Notes: generated by a model from the sequence alone, not told the origin. 64,000 nucleotides of DNA from Eubacteriales bacterium (GCA_018384735.1 JAHAXB010000022.1:68087-132086), one strand, 5' to 3'; positions 1 through 10,701 are shown, counted from the first letter of the stretch. A program made the numbers and translations.

Positions 1-423
1 TTAGAAGTTTTAAGAGCCAAACGCGAAGACATCGCAACACAAATTCGTGAAGCTCGTGAATTCGGCGATTTGAAAGAAAACGCTGAATATGCTGCTGCGC
101 GTGAAGCCCAAAATAATTTGGAAATCCGTGTGAAAGAAGTTGAAGCTACTTTGCAAAACTTAACCGTCTTTTCTTATAAGACTGCAAAAACTGACGCGGT
201 CAATGTTGGTACTGCCGTTACGGTAGAAAATATGCGCACTAAAAAACAAGAAACTTATGTTGTTACTGGTTTTATGGAATTTGATATTGAAAAGAACTAT
301 GTCTCGAACGAAAGCCCGAAAGGTAAAGCGTTGTTAGGTAAAAAAGTTGGCGAAGTTGCCATCATCAAAACACCAGTCAACCAAATCGAATTAAAAATCT
401 TGAAAATTGCGCGTGCGGAGTAA
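1..423 (+). CDS. greA: Transcription elongation factor GreA, C-terminal ~140 aa (5' end lies left of window)
   Basis: Frame open from base 1 (LEVLRAKREDIATQIREAREFGDLKENAEYAAAREAQ...). GDLxENAEY motif and C-terminal domain typical of GreA. The M at 70 in the ORF track is an internal TTG. Confidence 0.9.
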   Translation, partial: LEVLRAKREDIATQIREAREFGDLKENAEYAAAREAQNNLEIRVKEVEATLQNLTVFSYKTAKTDAVNVGTAVTVENMRTKKQETYVVTGFMEFDIEKNYVSNESPKGKALLGKKVGEVAIIKTPVNQIELKILKIARAE

Positions 424-425
424 TC

Positions 426-1202
426 GTGTTTGATTCACATTTTCACACAACTGATCCACGCTTAATCAGTCTTCCGGAAGTTGTGGCGGGTTCCAATCAT
501 GGTGTCGAAATCGGGGCGGACTTTGAAAGTCTGCCCGCTGTTTTTGAATACGCCCGCGAACACGAACATATTTATTGTACCGCTGGCGTGCATCCTGAAT
601 ATGCTGACACGTATTCCGCGAACGACTTTGAACACTATGTTGTAGAAAATTTACACGAACCAAAGTTTGTGGCGATTGGTGAATGTGGGTTGGATTATCA
701 CCGTGACGATTTACCATCACGTGAGCAACAAATCCGAGCATTTGAACACCAAATTTACATGGCGGACCGTTATAAAAAACCTTTGGTGGTGCACAGTCGT
801 GATGCCTGGGACGATACCGCCAAAGTTTTAATCGCGAATCGCAGTAAATTAAAGCATGGGGTCTTAATTCATTGTATGAGTTATACCGCGGAGCAAGCGC
901 AATATTTAATGGCACGATTAGCCGGTATTGATGTTTATTTCGCTTTTGGTGGACACATTACTTATCCCAGTAAATCTTATTTGCATGATACGATGCGAGC
1001 AATCCCACTGAACCGTATTCTGATTGAAACTGATGCGCCGTATTTGGCACCAGTTCCTAAACGTGGCGAAATCAATAAACCGCAGTATATTCAATACACG
1101 GCGGAAACTATGGCGCGTGTGTTAGGAAAAACTCCGGCCGAAATTGAAACATTAACCGCCAATAACGCCTATCAATTTTACAAAATAAAAGCAGCCCGAT
1201 AA
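426..1202 (+). CDS. tatD: TatD-family metal-dependent hydrolase/DNase
   Basis: GTG start just after greA stop. TatD ligand motifs DSHFH, GECGLDY, VVHSRDA, IHCMSY, ETDAPYL all present. Confidence 0.9.
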   Translation: MFDSHFHTTDPRLISLPEVVAGSNHGVEIGADFESLPAVFEYAREHEHIYCTAGVHPEYADTYSANDFEHYVVENLHEPKFVAIGECGLDYHRDDLPSREQQIRAFEHQIYMADRYKKPLVVHSRDAWDDTAKVLIANRSKLKHGVLIHCMSYTAEQAQYLMARLAGIDVYFAFGGHITYPSKSYLHDTMRAIPLNRILIETDAPYLAPVPKRGEINKPQYIQYTAETMARVLGKTPAEIETLTANNAYQFYKIKAAR

Positions 1203-1220
1203 TCGTGCTGCTTCGTTTTT
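1189..1220 (+). terminator. Putative intrinsic terminator after tatD
   Basis: 7-bp stem AAGCAGC/GCTGCTT (1189-1195 / 1207-1213), 11-nt loop, then CGTTTTT. Overlaps the tatD stop codon. Confidence 0.45.
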
Positions 1221-1306
1221 CTTTGGTAAAAAGTGTTTCTTTGGTATGAGTTTATCTTCTGCAAAATAAACTATCTTATACTAACATAATGTGTTAAACT
1301 GTTCAA

Positions 1307-2080
1307 GTGGAATTCGAGTACAAAAAATCGTTAGGACAAAATTTTATTTATGACCTTGGTTTTTTGCGCACCTTGGTAAAAAAGTTGGCGGTACAACCGA
1401 CCGATACTGTGGTGGAGGTCGGCGCGGGTGCGGGAACTTTAACGCAAGCGCTGGCGGAAACCGGCTGTCAGGTTTTCAGCGTGGAAATTGATAAACGATT
1501 GGAACCAGTTTTGCAAAAACGCTTGGCACCTTATTCTAATGTAACTCTGACTTTTGCCGATGCGACCAAACATAATTTCAGTAACTTGCCACCGTTTCGT
1601 TTGATTGCGAATGTCCCTTATTACATTACCACCCCTTTGATTATGCAGTTTTTGGCTTTGCCAAATTGCCGTGAATTAAATGTTTTAGTTGCCAGCGAAG
1701 TAGCGGAGCGTATTGTTGCACCACATGGCAATGCGCTTTATGGCGCGTTATCGGTTAGTTGTCAAAATCAAGCTGAGTGCAAAATTTTAGCTTCGGTGCC
1801 ACGCACAATGTTCACGCCACAGCCCAAAGTTGACAGCGCGTTTGTGTCATTGAAAAAGAATGGTCAACCCAGTGATAAGTTCATGGAAAAATTGTTGAAA
1901 GGTGTTTTCGCTGCGCGTCGGAAAACGATGCTGAACGCTTTGTCCAGTGCGTTGAATTTGGATAAAAACACGGTAACACAAATTTTGACCACCGCGGAAA
2001 TTGATTTAAATTTACGTCCCGAACAAATTACGCCGACACAATATGTCAAAATCTGCGCTCTTTCGCGTAAATATTGTTAA
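1307..2080 (+). CDS. rsmA: 16S rRNA adenine dimethyltransferase RsmA/KsgA
   Basis: SLGQNF, VVEVGAGAGTLT (SAM motif), NVPYYITTP. GTG start 6 nt after TGtTAAACT box (1292-1300). Confidence 0.9.
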   Translation: MEFEYKKSLGQNFIYDLGFLRTLVKKLAVQPTDTVVEVGAGAGTLTQALAETGCQVFSVEIDKRLEPVLQKRLAPYSNVTLTFADATKHNFSNLPPFRLIANVPYYITTPLIMQFLALPNCRELNVLVASEVAERIVAPHGNALYGALSVSCQNQAECKILASVPRTMFTPQPKVDSAFVSLKKNGQPSDKFMEKLLKGVFAARRKTMLNALSSALNLDKNTVTQILTTAEIDLNLRPEQITPTQYVKICALSRKYC

Positions 2081-2102
2081 TTGAATTTGTTATGCTATCG
2101 CA

Positions 2103-2534
2103 ATGGCAGTTTACATTAAAAACATTATTTTGTACGACCGCGCCGGTGCCGTGGCGGGGTACATCGAAATCCACCAAGTAGCAAACGGTACGCATTTGCG
2201 TTTGAAGCATTCTTTGACCGCCAAAGGGTTAATGTTGTCCTTGGTAATTGATGGTGTAAATAAGGTATTGAAAATCACTGGCAATTTGGTCGAATATACT
2301 TTACCCAATCAGGTCGATTTAGATTATGAAATTTTCGCTTGCATTGTTCAGCAAACCGACCAAACCATGGTTTCATTGGCTAGCGGTGCGATTAACTTAA
2401 ATCGCTTAAAAGGGGAACAGGCGGTCGTCGAAATTGATCATGCGATGAAAAAAATTTGCAGCGTGGATGTTAACGGACATGGTGAATGTGAAAAGTGTCC
2501 TTACCGTGAATATTTTTTTAAACAAGCAGAGTAG
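2103..2534 (+). CDS. Hypothetical protein (143 aa), no family recognised
   Basis: Clean ORF in the coding-dense region. C-terminal GHGECEKCPY motif. ATG 6 nt after TGtTATGCT (2088-2096). 3' end overlaps the convergent methyltransferase gene by 17 nt. Confidence 0.55.
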   Translation: MAVYIKNIILYDRAGAVAGYIEIHQVANGTHLRLKHSLTAKGLMLSLVIDGVNKVLKITGNLVEYTLPNQVDLDYEIFACIVQQTDQTMVSLASGAINLNRLKGEQAVVEIDHAMKKICSVDVNGHGECEKCPYREYFFKQAE

Positions 2535-3159
2535 TATTATGCCCGCCACCTTTTTTAGCACAGAAAATTGCCAGATAAATACCTTTGTTGTTAGCAACTA
2601 ACTTAATGGTCTTAATGCGGAAATTGTTGTTTTCAAAAATGGTCACGGCTTTGGCTAACTGGTTTGCGGGGTAGCAAAAATAAACCGTACCGCCGTATTT
2701 TAAATTACGGGTACAAAGTAACGCTAAATCTTCTAACGAAAGCGTGTCGTCGTGGCGTGCTTGGCTGACATTGCTATTTTGCGCTTTTTTACCTGTAGTA
2801 AAGTACGGCGGATTACAAACGATAACATCGGCTGAGTTGGCGTTGATGATGGTGTGTAATTGTCGTGCATCTGCATGTAAAGGCGTAAATTTGGTCATGG
2901 TAAGTTTATCTTGGTTGATGGTTAAATTCTTTTCCAGTTGTTTGACCGCAGCCGAGTTAATGTCGACACTAATCATTTCACGGGGTTGATGGTTAAAAGC
3001 GATTAACAAAGTTAGCACGCCCGTGCCACAACCAACATCAATTACGCGGTCAGTTTTTTTACAGGTAACGAAATTAGCAAGCGCTACCGCATCGCTGGAA
3101 AGTTTATACAAATCGTCCGGTTGTTCGATTAAAAGTCCGGCCTCGTTCAAATATTCCAT
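2518..3159 (-). CDS. SAM-dependent N6-adenine methyltransferase, YabB/TrmN6-like
   Basis: DVGCGTGVLTL SAM-binding motif and VIVCNPPYF (NPPY/F motif IV). Size (213 aa) and location near rsmA as for B. subtilis yabB. Confidence 0.8.
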   Translation of the reverse strand: MEYLNEAGLLIEQPDDLYKLSSDAVALANFVTCKKTDRVIDVGCGTGVLTLLIAFNHQPREMISVDINSAAVKQLEKNLTINQDKLTMTKFTPLHADARQLHTIINANSADVIVCNPPYFTTGKKAQNSNVSQARHDDTLSLEDLALLCTRNLKYGGTVYFCYPANQLAKAVTIFENNNFRIKTIKLVANNKGIYLAIFCAKKGGGHNTTLLV

Positions 3160-3162
3160 CGC

Positions 3163-5427
3163 TTAAAAATACCACGGAACCCGTTTGTTTTCAACCGCTT
3201 TACGCGGGGTAATCGGTTTAGTGTTATGTGGTAAGCGCAATTCGATTAAATTACTGGGGCGTGGATTATCGCCGTTAATGCTGGCGGTTACATGGTAATG
3301 GTTAATTGTTTGTGGGTTTTTATCGGTGTAAGTATAAACACCATGCTTGTTACGAATCACGGACTGTAAAGTGTCGTCGCGGTAAATTTCGTAGGTCTGG
3401 TGTGGTAAAACATTGAACCAAAGTAAAGTGTCGTTTTGGTCGGTAACGCGTCCGTCAATCGTGGTCGGCGTGGTCATTAAATAATTTTCCGAAACTGTCG
3501 TTGGTTGGTAACGCGTAGAAAATAAAGCCGGCGTGGTTTCGTATTCTGGCGTGGCGAGATTGGCTAATTTGATTTTACCGTTCTTGTAATCTAAACTGTC
3601 TAGATTGATGTTTTTTACACTGACGGGTTGTGAAAAATGTAAATCGGGGTCGCTGATAACACCATGAATTTGTGTAGCAGCCTTGGCCAAGCGTCCGCCG
3701 CCATTAGCACCATGGGGCAAGTCATTTTCGGGTTTCATACTGGCGTTACCATGCCAAACAATCAAAACATTTTGCGGAGTGTACGAAACCAAGGTTGCAT
3801 CCGTGTTAGTGTCGGTGTTTTCGCGTTCTGTGGTGCCGGTCTTGGCGGCGATTTCCGTATTTAACATAGCCAGTTTACGCGCGGTGCCTTTCTTAGCGGT
3901 ATCAACCAACATATCGGTTAAAAGGTATGCCGCGTCGGGTGCAATCGCTTGGGGTGAGTAATTATACTTGTTAGTTAAATCAAAATAAACGGTTTGACCC
4001 TTGCGGTCGCGAATGGCGCGAACAAAACGGGCAGGTGCGTATTTGCCTTGGTTAGCTAGTGTTTGATAGCCACCCGCCAGTTCCAAAAAGGTTGTGCCAG
4101 CGTTAGTATTACCAAGTGCCATTGATAAATTTTCATCATGTAAATTTAAGCCCATTTTATTGGCAATGTTAGTTGCGCTGTTGATGGTGGTGGCTTCCAA
4201 AATTTTCACGGCGGGGATATTGTAACTATGCATTATCGCATCACGCACGGAAACCAGACCATGGTATTTACCATCCGAATTTTTCGGGTTAAAGTCGGTA
4301 TCAATTAACTGGGCGTCGTCAATTAAACTGGCGGGTTGTACTACGCCTAATTCCAAAGCCGGTGCGTAAACCAATAAGGGTTTCATTGTGCTACCAAAAT
4401 TACGTCGTGCCGTCAGTAAGGTTGGCGTCGAAGACCAAAGCGCTTTTACTTGTCCGTTGGGTGCGGATAGCATGGCGAATTTTTCACCTTCTAAGTTGTA
4501 CTCCGGATTATTCATGGCATCATACAGTAATTGTTGTTTGTCCGGCTCATAATATGTGTCGATTTGATAACCGTAGTTGATGATGTCATTTTCGCTTAAA
4601 TTTAAAAGTTGTGCGGCCTCTTTCAGCGCCATGTTTTGGTAATTAGTGCCAAGCCAAAGGTTTTCCTGCGTATTAATTGTCAATGGTTCGTCCATTGCCG
4701 ATTTGAAAACTTCGTCCGTAATTAAACCTTGGTTATGCATTAAATGTAAGATTAAATGAGCGCGTTGGCGGAAGTTGTCGTGGTGCGCAATGGGGTCATA
4801 ACGACTGGGATTTTTAATAATTCCTGCTAATCCAGCACTTTCCGCCACGGACAGTTCGGCGGGCGTTTTTTGAAAGTAAAATTCGCTGGCATTCGCAATC
4901 CCGTAAACATTATTTCCGAAATAAATGGCGTTCAGGTATAACTCGATGATTTGGTCTTTGGAAAAGTTTTGTTCCACTTTTAATGCTAAGATGGCTTCCC
5001 GTAATTTTCGTTTCAATGTTTTTTCATTGGTCAAGTATGTGTTTTTGACTAACTGTTGGGTAATGGTGCTGGCACCTTCTTTGGAATAGCCGGCCACCAA
5101 ATTGTTGGAAACTGCTTTGGCAATTCTCGGAAATGATAACCCGTGGTGGCGATAAAAAGTGCGGTCTTCAACGGCAATGAAAGCGTTGATGCAGTTGGGG
5201 TTGATTTGGTCGATGGGACAATATTGGATTGCATTGTGGGCATCAATCGTTTGTTGCTCGCTGTCATAAAAGGTCGCTGTTTGTGCCATTGTAGTCAAAC
5301 GCGTAGTGTCCAAAGTTTCACTGTGCCAAATTAACGCAAAAGCTACGCTACCGGTTACAAGCAAAAGTAATACGCCGACCAGCAAGCCGGTAAAAATTTT
5401 ACGAACGATTTTTATTTGTTTGGACAC
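3163..5427 (-). CDS. Class A penicillin-binding protein (glycosyltransferase + transpeptidase)
   Basis: N-terminal TM anchor. GT51 motifs EDRTFYRHHG, GASTITQQ, RKLREA. Transpeptidase motifs STMK, SYN, KTGT. GTG start. Confidence 0.92.
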   Translation of the reverse strand: MSKQIKIVRKIFTGLLVGVLLLLVTGSVAFALIWHSETLDTTRLTTMAQTATFYDSEQQTIDAHNAIQYCPIDQINPNCINAFIAVEDRTFYRHHGLSFPRIAKAVSNNLVAGYSKEGASTITQQLVKNTYLTNEKTLKRKLREAILALKVEQNFSKDQIIELYLNAIYFGNNVYGIANASEFYFQKTPAELSVAESAGLAGIIKNPSRYDPIAHHDNFRQRAHLILHLMHNQGLITDEVFKSAMDEPLTINTQENLWLGTNYQNMALKEAAQLLNLSENDIINYGYQIDTYYEPDKQQLLYDAMNNPEYNLEGEKFAMLSAPNGQVKALWSSTPTLLTARRNFGSTMKPLLVYAPALELGVVQPASLIDDAQLIDTDFNPKNSDGKYHGLVSVRDAIMHSYNIPAVKILEATTINSATNIANKMGLNLHDENLSMALGNTNAGTTFLELAGGYQTLANQGKYAPARFVRAIRDRKGQTVYFDLTNKYNYSPQAIAPDAAYLLTDMLVDTAKKGTARKLAMLNTEIAAKTGTTERENTDTNTDATLVSYTPQNVLIVWHGNASMKPENDLPHGANGGGRLAKAATQIHGVISDPDLHFSQPVSVKNINLDSLDYKNGKIKLANLATPEYETTPALFSTRYQPTTVSENYLMTTPTTIDGRVTDQNDTLLWFNVLPHQTYEIYRDDTLQSVIRNKHGVYTYTDKNPQTINHYHVTASINGDNPRPSNLIELRLPHNTKPITPRKAVENKRVPWYF

Positions 5428-5457
5428 AGATTATTTTGTGTTAAACTATCTCATTCT

Positions 5458-6465
5458 ATGAAATTTGTACTAAAGAATTATGGTTGCCAAATGAATGTGA
5501 ATACTGCGCACAAAATTACGCAGCAATTATTGGCAGCGGGACATACGCTTGCGGAAACTGACGAAGATGCGGATGTCATTATTTTTAATACCTGCTGTGT
5601 GCGTAATACCGCCGAACAAAAAATCTTATCCCATATAGCTTTGGCAAAACAGTTAAAACAACATAAGCCCGATTTGAAAATTGCGGTCATTGGTTGTTTG
5701 TCCGCCAAACGCAAAATTAACGGCGTCGATATTTTGTTAGGCACAGATAATGCCATGGATGTGGTCGAAAAGTTGGGGGTTGCCGTCCGTCAATTACCGG
5801 CAGAACAGGGAACTACCGCATATATCGACATTACCTATGGCTGTGAAAATTATTGTACATACTGTATTGTCCCGTTCGTACGCGGTAAATTGCGTATTCG
5901 TCCGCGTGCGGAAATTCTTACTGAATTTGACCAAGTAAAAGACACTGCCAAGGATATTTATTTACTGGGACAAAATGTCAATGCTTATCCCGACTTTCCC
6001 AAGTTATTGGAGGAACTGGCACAAAAAGACGGTGATTTTACCTTGCATTTCCTGTCGGCACACCCAAAAGATTTCGCCCTTGAAACAATTAAAGTAATGG
6101 CCAAGTACCCCAAAATTGCCCACGATGTTCACTTGCCAATGCAGTGCGGATGTGATAAAATTCTAAAGTTAATGAACCGCAAGTATACTGTCGCGGACTA
6201 TCTTGAAAAAATCAGATTGCTCCGTGAGTATATGCCAGATATCCATATCACGACCGACATTATTTGTGGCTTTCCTGGGGAGACCGATGAGGATTTTGCA
6301 GAAACCGTGCGGATTGTTCAGCAAATCAAATTTAGTGCTGCGTATATCTTCCCATACAGTAATCGTTCGGGTACTGCGGCAGATAAAATGCCCAATCAAG
6401 TTCCGTTCCGTGTGCGTAAAGCACGTGCCACAAAATTGGTTGAATTGATGCGGGAGTTAGCGTAA
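5458..6465 (+). CDS. MiaB/RimO-family radical-SAM methylthiotransferase, no TRAM domain (335 aa)
   Basis: N-terminal UPF0004 cysteines (NYGCQMN, FNTCCVR, IGCLS), radical-SAM YGCENYCTYCIVP. Sits upstream of mutS-mutL as ymcB(miaB) does in B. subtilis. ORF ends directly after the radical-SAM core. Start taken at ATG 5458 (MKFVLKNYGCQMN). Confidence 0.8.
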   Translation: MKFVLKNYGCQMNVNTAHKITQQLLAAGHTLAETDEDADVIIFNTCCVRNTAEQKILSHIALAKQLKQHKPDLKIAVIGCLSAKRKINGVDILLGTDNAMDVVEKLGVAVRQLPAEQGTTAYIDITYGCENYCTYCIVPFVRGKLRIRPRAEILTEFDQVKDTAKDIYLLGQNVNAYPDFPKLLEELAQKDGDFTLHFLSAHPKDFALETIKVMAKYPKIAHDVHLPMQCGCDKILKLMNRKYTVADYLEKIRLLREYMPDIHITTDIICGFPGETDEDFAETVRIVQQIKFSAAYIFPYSNRSGTAADKMPNQVPFRVRKARATKLVELMRELA

Positions 6466-6484
6466 GAAAAAAGGAGTGTGTAAT

Positions 6485-8836
6485 ATGGCTTTGTCGCCAG
6501 CAATGCAAAAGTATTTGGAATTAAAAGCACAGTATCAAGACTGTATCGTGTTTTACCGTTTAGGTGATTTTTACGAAGTTTTTTTTGATGATGCCAAAGC
6601 GGTTTCGGCGGCAATCGGTTTAACCTTGACCGGCCGCTCTTGTGGGCTGGAAGAAAAAGCGCCCATGTGCGGTGTTCCGTATCATGCGGCTAATTTGTAC
6701 ATTAAGAAACTGGTTGAACTGGGATATAAAATTGCGATTGCGGAACAACTGGAAGAAGCCAACGGCAAGACTTTAATTAACCGTGATGTCATTCGCGTGA
6801 TTACCAGTGGAACCGTCATCGACGATGCGATGTTAACCGCGGATAGTAACAACTTTATTGCTAGTGTTTACGAAGACGACAACGGTGGTGCAGTTTATAC
6901 GGCTTGGGCAGATATTATGACGGGCGAGTTTTATGTCGCTCAATTTGATAGTTATGACAATGCGGTTTCGCGTATTCGCCCCAAAGAGGTCATCACCAAA
7001 AAGCATTTTGGTTATGCTTTCGCGTTTAAACAAGCCAGTCAAACCGTTAAAAAATATTTCAATATTAACACAACACAAATATTTGACATTCCAGATAATT
7101 CGCCTTTGGTAAACGCCGCCGGTGCGTTGCTGGAATACCTTTTGATGACCGCGAAAAATAAATTATCCAATATTACCAAAATCACTTTAATGCGTGATGA
7201 CAATTATATGGTGTTGGATAAAATTGCCCGTGATACTTTGGAAATTGTTTTGTCTTACCGTAATAATACCAAGGCCGGCAGTTTACTTGCCGTTTTGGAT
7301 AAAACCAAAACCCCAATGGGCGCGCGTATGTTGGCGGAATGGGTAACAGCGCCGTTAAAAAAATCTGCACTCATCTTGGAACGTCAAGACGCCATTCAAG
7401 AGTTACTCGACAAATCTCAAGCGTGTCAAGACTTGCGCGAAATTTTGGCACAGTTCGGCGACTTGGGGCGTTTCTGTGGTAAGATTGCCAACGGTAACGT
7501 CAATCCCAAAGACATGTTGGCTTTTGCCGAAGGTTTGTCTTTGGTTGGATGCGTCAAAAGTTTCTTGGCGGAAAACTGTCAAACAAATTTATTGACCAAA
7601 TATGGTACGCAATTAAACGCTTTGGAAGATTTGCAAAATTTACTTTTGCGTGCAATTAAAAAAGAACCGAACACAATTTTAAGTGAAGGTAATTACATTA
7701 ACGAAGGTTACAACGAGGAACTTGACCAGTTGCGCAACGCCGGCACGTTAAGTAAACAGTGGCTCTTATCTTTGGAAACAAAGGAACGTCAAGAAACCGG
7801 TGTGGAAAAACTGCGAATCGGTTACAACCGCGTGGCGGGTTATTATTTTGAAATGCCGTTAAACGCGATGAAGCAAATTCCGTACCGTTTCATTCGTAAA
7901 GGTAGCACGCTGAATACTGAACGTTTTACGACCGATGAACTGCGTGAAATTGAAAGTAAAATCCTTAGCGCGGCCAGTGATGTTATCCGTTTGGAACAAA
8001 AAATCTTTGCCGAAATTGTCGCCACTGTGCAACAACAAATTCCGGCGATTCAACAAGATGCAACCGCGATTGCGAACATTGATGTATTGGCTAATTTATC
8101 GTATTTAGCATTAAAGAACCAATGGGTTCGTCCGGAGATTAACACAGACGGTATTTTGAAATTGGAAGGCGCGCGCCATCCGGTTTTGGAAAGCGTTTTA
8201 TCCATCAATGAGTTTATTGCCAATGACTGTAATTTGGATCGTGAAAATACTACCATGTTAATTACTGGTCCCAACATGGCGGGTAAATCAACCTATATGA
8301 AAACCGTGGCGTTGAATGTAATTATGGCACACTGTGGTTCGTTTATTCCGTGTGCAAGTGCGAAGGTTGCTTTAACTGACCGTGTCTTTACCCGTATCGG
8401 TGCCAGCGACGATATGATGACGGGTAAGTCAACTTTTATGGTTGAGATGAACGAAGTTTCTAACATTGTGCATAATGCGACCAAAGACAGTTTACTTTTG
8501 CTGGATGAAATTGGTCGCGGTACTGGCACGAACGATGGTTACGCTTTGGCGAAATCTATCTTGCAATATATTATTGAAAAAATTGGTAGCAAAACCTTGT
8601 GTGCAACACACTTCCACGAGTTAATTGAACTGGGGCGCACCTATCCGCAAGTTCAAAATTATAAAGTTTTAACCTCAAACTTGAACGGGCAAATTATTTT
8701 CTTGCACAAGGTAGTTAAGGGCGAAGAGCAAAACAGTTTCGGTGCCGAAGTTGCACAGTTGTCTGGCTTACCCGATGAAATTATCCAAAATGCGAAAAAG
8801 ATTATGAAGGAGAGAGCAGCACATGAAAGTAATTAA
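6485..8836 (+). CDS. mutS: DNA mismatch repair protein MutS
   Basis: GDFYE mismatch-binding motif, Walker A GPNMAGKST, DEIGRGT. ATG 6485 preceded by AAGGAG (6471-6476). Confidence 0.95.
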   Translation: MALSPAMQKYLELKAQYQDCIVFYRLGDFYEVFFDDAKAVSAAIGLTLTGRSCGLEEKAPMCGVPYHAANLYIKKLVELGYKIAIAEQLEEANGKTLINRDVIRVITSGTVIDDAMLTADSNNFIASVYEDDNGGAVYTAWADIMTGEFYVAQFDSYDNAVSRIRPKEVITKKHFGYAFAFKQASQTVKKYFNINTTQIFDIPDNSPLVNAAGALLEYLLMTAKNKLSNITKITLMRDDNYMVLDKIARDTLEIVLSYRNNTKAGSLLAVLDKTKTPMGARMLAEWVTAPLKKSALILERQDAIQELLDKSQACQDLREILAQFGDLGRFCGKIANGNVNPKDMLAFAEGLSLVGCVKSFLAENCQTNLLTKYGTQLNALEDLQNLLLRAIKKEPNTILSEGNYINEGYNEELDQLRNAGTLSKQWLLSLETKERQETGVEKLRIGYNRVAGYYFEMPLNAMKQIPYRFIRKGSTLNTERFTTDELREIESKILSAASDVIRLEQKIFAEIVATVQQQIPAIQQDATAIANIDVLANLSYLALKNQWVRPEINTDGILKLEGARHPVLESVLSINEFIANDCNLDRENTTMLITGPNMAGKSTYMKTVALNVIMAHCGSFIPCASAKVALTDRVFTRIGASDDMMTGKSTFMVEMNEVSNIVHNATKDSLLLLDEIGRGTGTNDGYALAKSILQYIIEKIGSKTLCATHFHELIELGRTYPQVQNYKVLTSNLNGQIIFLHKVVKGEEQNSFGAEVAQLSGLPDEIIQNAKKIMKERAAHESN

Positions 8837-10679
8837 CATTTTACCACCAGTAATTTACAACCGCTTGGCGGCGGGTGAAGTGGTCGAAAATCCGGCTTCC
8901 ATCGTTAAGGAATTATTGGAGAATTCCTTGGACGCAAACGCTAAACAAATTACCGTACAAATTGTCAATGGCGGTATTGATGAAATCGTTGTCGTCGATG
9001 ATGGCGATGGCGTAGCAGAAAGCGAATTACCCAAAGTTTTTATGCCGCATGCGACCAGTAAAATTGCCCGTGCCGAAGATATCGATAACATCACTTCACT
9101 TGGTTTCCGTGGGGAAGCGTTGGCATCAATTTCTTCGGTTGCCAAGGTGACGTTTACTTCTAAGCCGGACAACCAAGATTATGCAGTTTCCATTGACCAA
9201 GATAATGCACAACAATATACCAGTGGTAACCGTGGCACAACCGTGCGGGTCACCAACTTGTTTTACAATACGCCGGCGCGTAAAAAGTTTTTGCGCAGTG
9301 CGAATGTCGAAAAGAATCATGTCACACAAATTATTCACGAGATTATTTTCGCGCATCCCGATTTGCAATTACGCTATTATGTCGATAACCGCTTAGTTTT
9401 GGATTATCGTGCGCAAGGTTTGTCTGCGGCTATGCAAATGATTTTTAGTATTGATGCCAGTCACTTGGTAGCTATTGACGACAAAAAAGATGGAATTAGC
9501 GTGCAAGGTTACGTTTCGGATTTGAGTTTATCCAAAATCAACAAGGACCGTCAGGTTGTCATTGTCAACGGTCGTGTTGTCAACGGTGGGGTGATTGCTT
9601 CTGTGGTCAACGAAACCATGAGCCATTATTTGCCCATGCGTGAATATTCAGTTTTCGTTTTAGATTTTACGGTTGCTACTGACCGTGTTGATGTCAATGT
9701 TCATCCGCAAAAACGTGAAGTGCGTTTTGATGACCGTGACATGATTATCGGTTTTGTCCGTGGGATTATTGCTAGAACCATGGAAGAGTTTTTCTTGAAA
9801 CAAGTTTCCCAAATTACTCAAACATCAGCGCCGACACCAACACAGTCACAGCCGGTCGCGAACAATCAAGTATCAAATGCACCTTATATTGCATCAGTCA
9901 ATCCGTCAACTGCGGCTCCGGTAGCTCCGCAACCAACACCTGCGGTTGGTCACTCGTTTAATCCGGCGCAAACCGAAGCTGCTACCGTTATGATTAAATC
10001 CTTAGATGTGCTTGGCAAAAATAACCTTGTTGAATCTGCACCCAATATTCTGAATCATATGGAATTTAATCAGACATTGACTGCAACCCAAACTAATGTT
10101 TTACCCACTAACTTATTTACCATTTTGGGACAAGTTTTTGAAACCTACTTGTTGGTTCGTACGGCGGATTCCTTGTTGATAATTGACCAACACGCGATGG
10201 CGGAACGCATTAACTATGACAAATTTTGCGCCGAAGTTAACAACCATGCGGTACAATCGCAAATGTTATTAACCCCGTTAATTATTGCAGTGACCCCGAA
10301 AGAAATGACGCGCTTCATGGAACTTAAACCATTGTTAGCGAATTTCGGTTTTGAATGTGATGAGTTCGGCGCCGATGCGATCCGTCTATCGGCAGTTCCG
10401 GCTATGATGATTCACGCTTCGTTAAAAGATTTCATTACCGTGTTGTTGAATGATAAAGCCGTGGTCAATGATAATTTTAGTGAACTCATTCAACACCGTG
10501 TGGCGACCGCGGCTTGTAAAGCTAGTATTAAAGCGGGACAAATTTTGTCACAAGTTCAAATTGAATCATTCTTGAAAAATTATTTTACCACCAAAAATGT
10601 GCCACTGTGTCCGCATGGTCGTCCCATTATGTTGGTCTATTCACAAAGTAAATTGGAAAGTCTGTTTGCTAGAAAATAG
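8823..10679 (+). CDS. mutL: DNA mismatch repair endonuclease MutL
   Basis: GHKL ATPase motifs (ELLENSLDA, DDGDGV), C-terminal DQHAMAERINYD and CPHGRP endonuclease motifs. Overlaps mutS end, SD GAAGGAGAG upstream. Confidence 0.95.
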   Translation: MKVINILPPVIYNRLAAGEVVENPASIVKELLENSLDANAKQITVQIVNGGIDEIVVVDDGDGVAESELPKVFMPHATSKIARAEDIDNITSLGFRGEALASISSVAKVTFTSKPDNQDYAVSIDQDNAQQYTSGNRGTTVRVTNLFYNTPARKKFLRSANVEKNHVTQIIHEIIFAHPDLQLRYYVDNRLVLDYRAQGLSAAMQMIFSIDASHLVAIDDKKDGISVQGYVSDLSLSKINKDRQVVIVNGRVVNGGVIASVVNETMSHYLPMREYSVFVLDFTVATDRVDVNVHPQKREVRFDDRDMIIGFVRGIIARTMEEFFLKQVSQITQTSAPTPTQSQPVANNQVSNAPYIASVNPSTAAPVAPQPTPAVGHSFNPAQTEAATVMIKSLDVLGKNNLVESAPNILNHMEFNQTLTATQTNVLPTNLFTILGQVFETYLLVRTADSLLIIDQHAMAERINYDKFCAEVNNHAVQSQMLLTPLIIAVTPKEMTRFMELKPLLANFGFECDEFGADAIRLSAVPAMMIHASLKDFITVLLNDKAVVNDNFSELIQHRVATAACKASIKAGQILSQVQIESFLKNYFTTKNVPLCPHGRPIMLVYSQSKLESLFARK

Positions 10680-10701
10680 TAAACATGGTAAAATATAGGT
10701 T

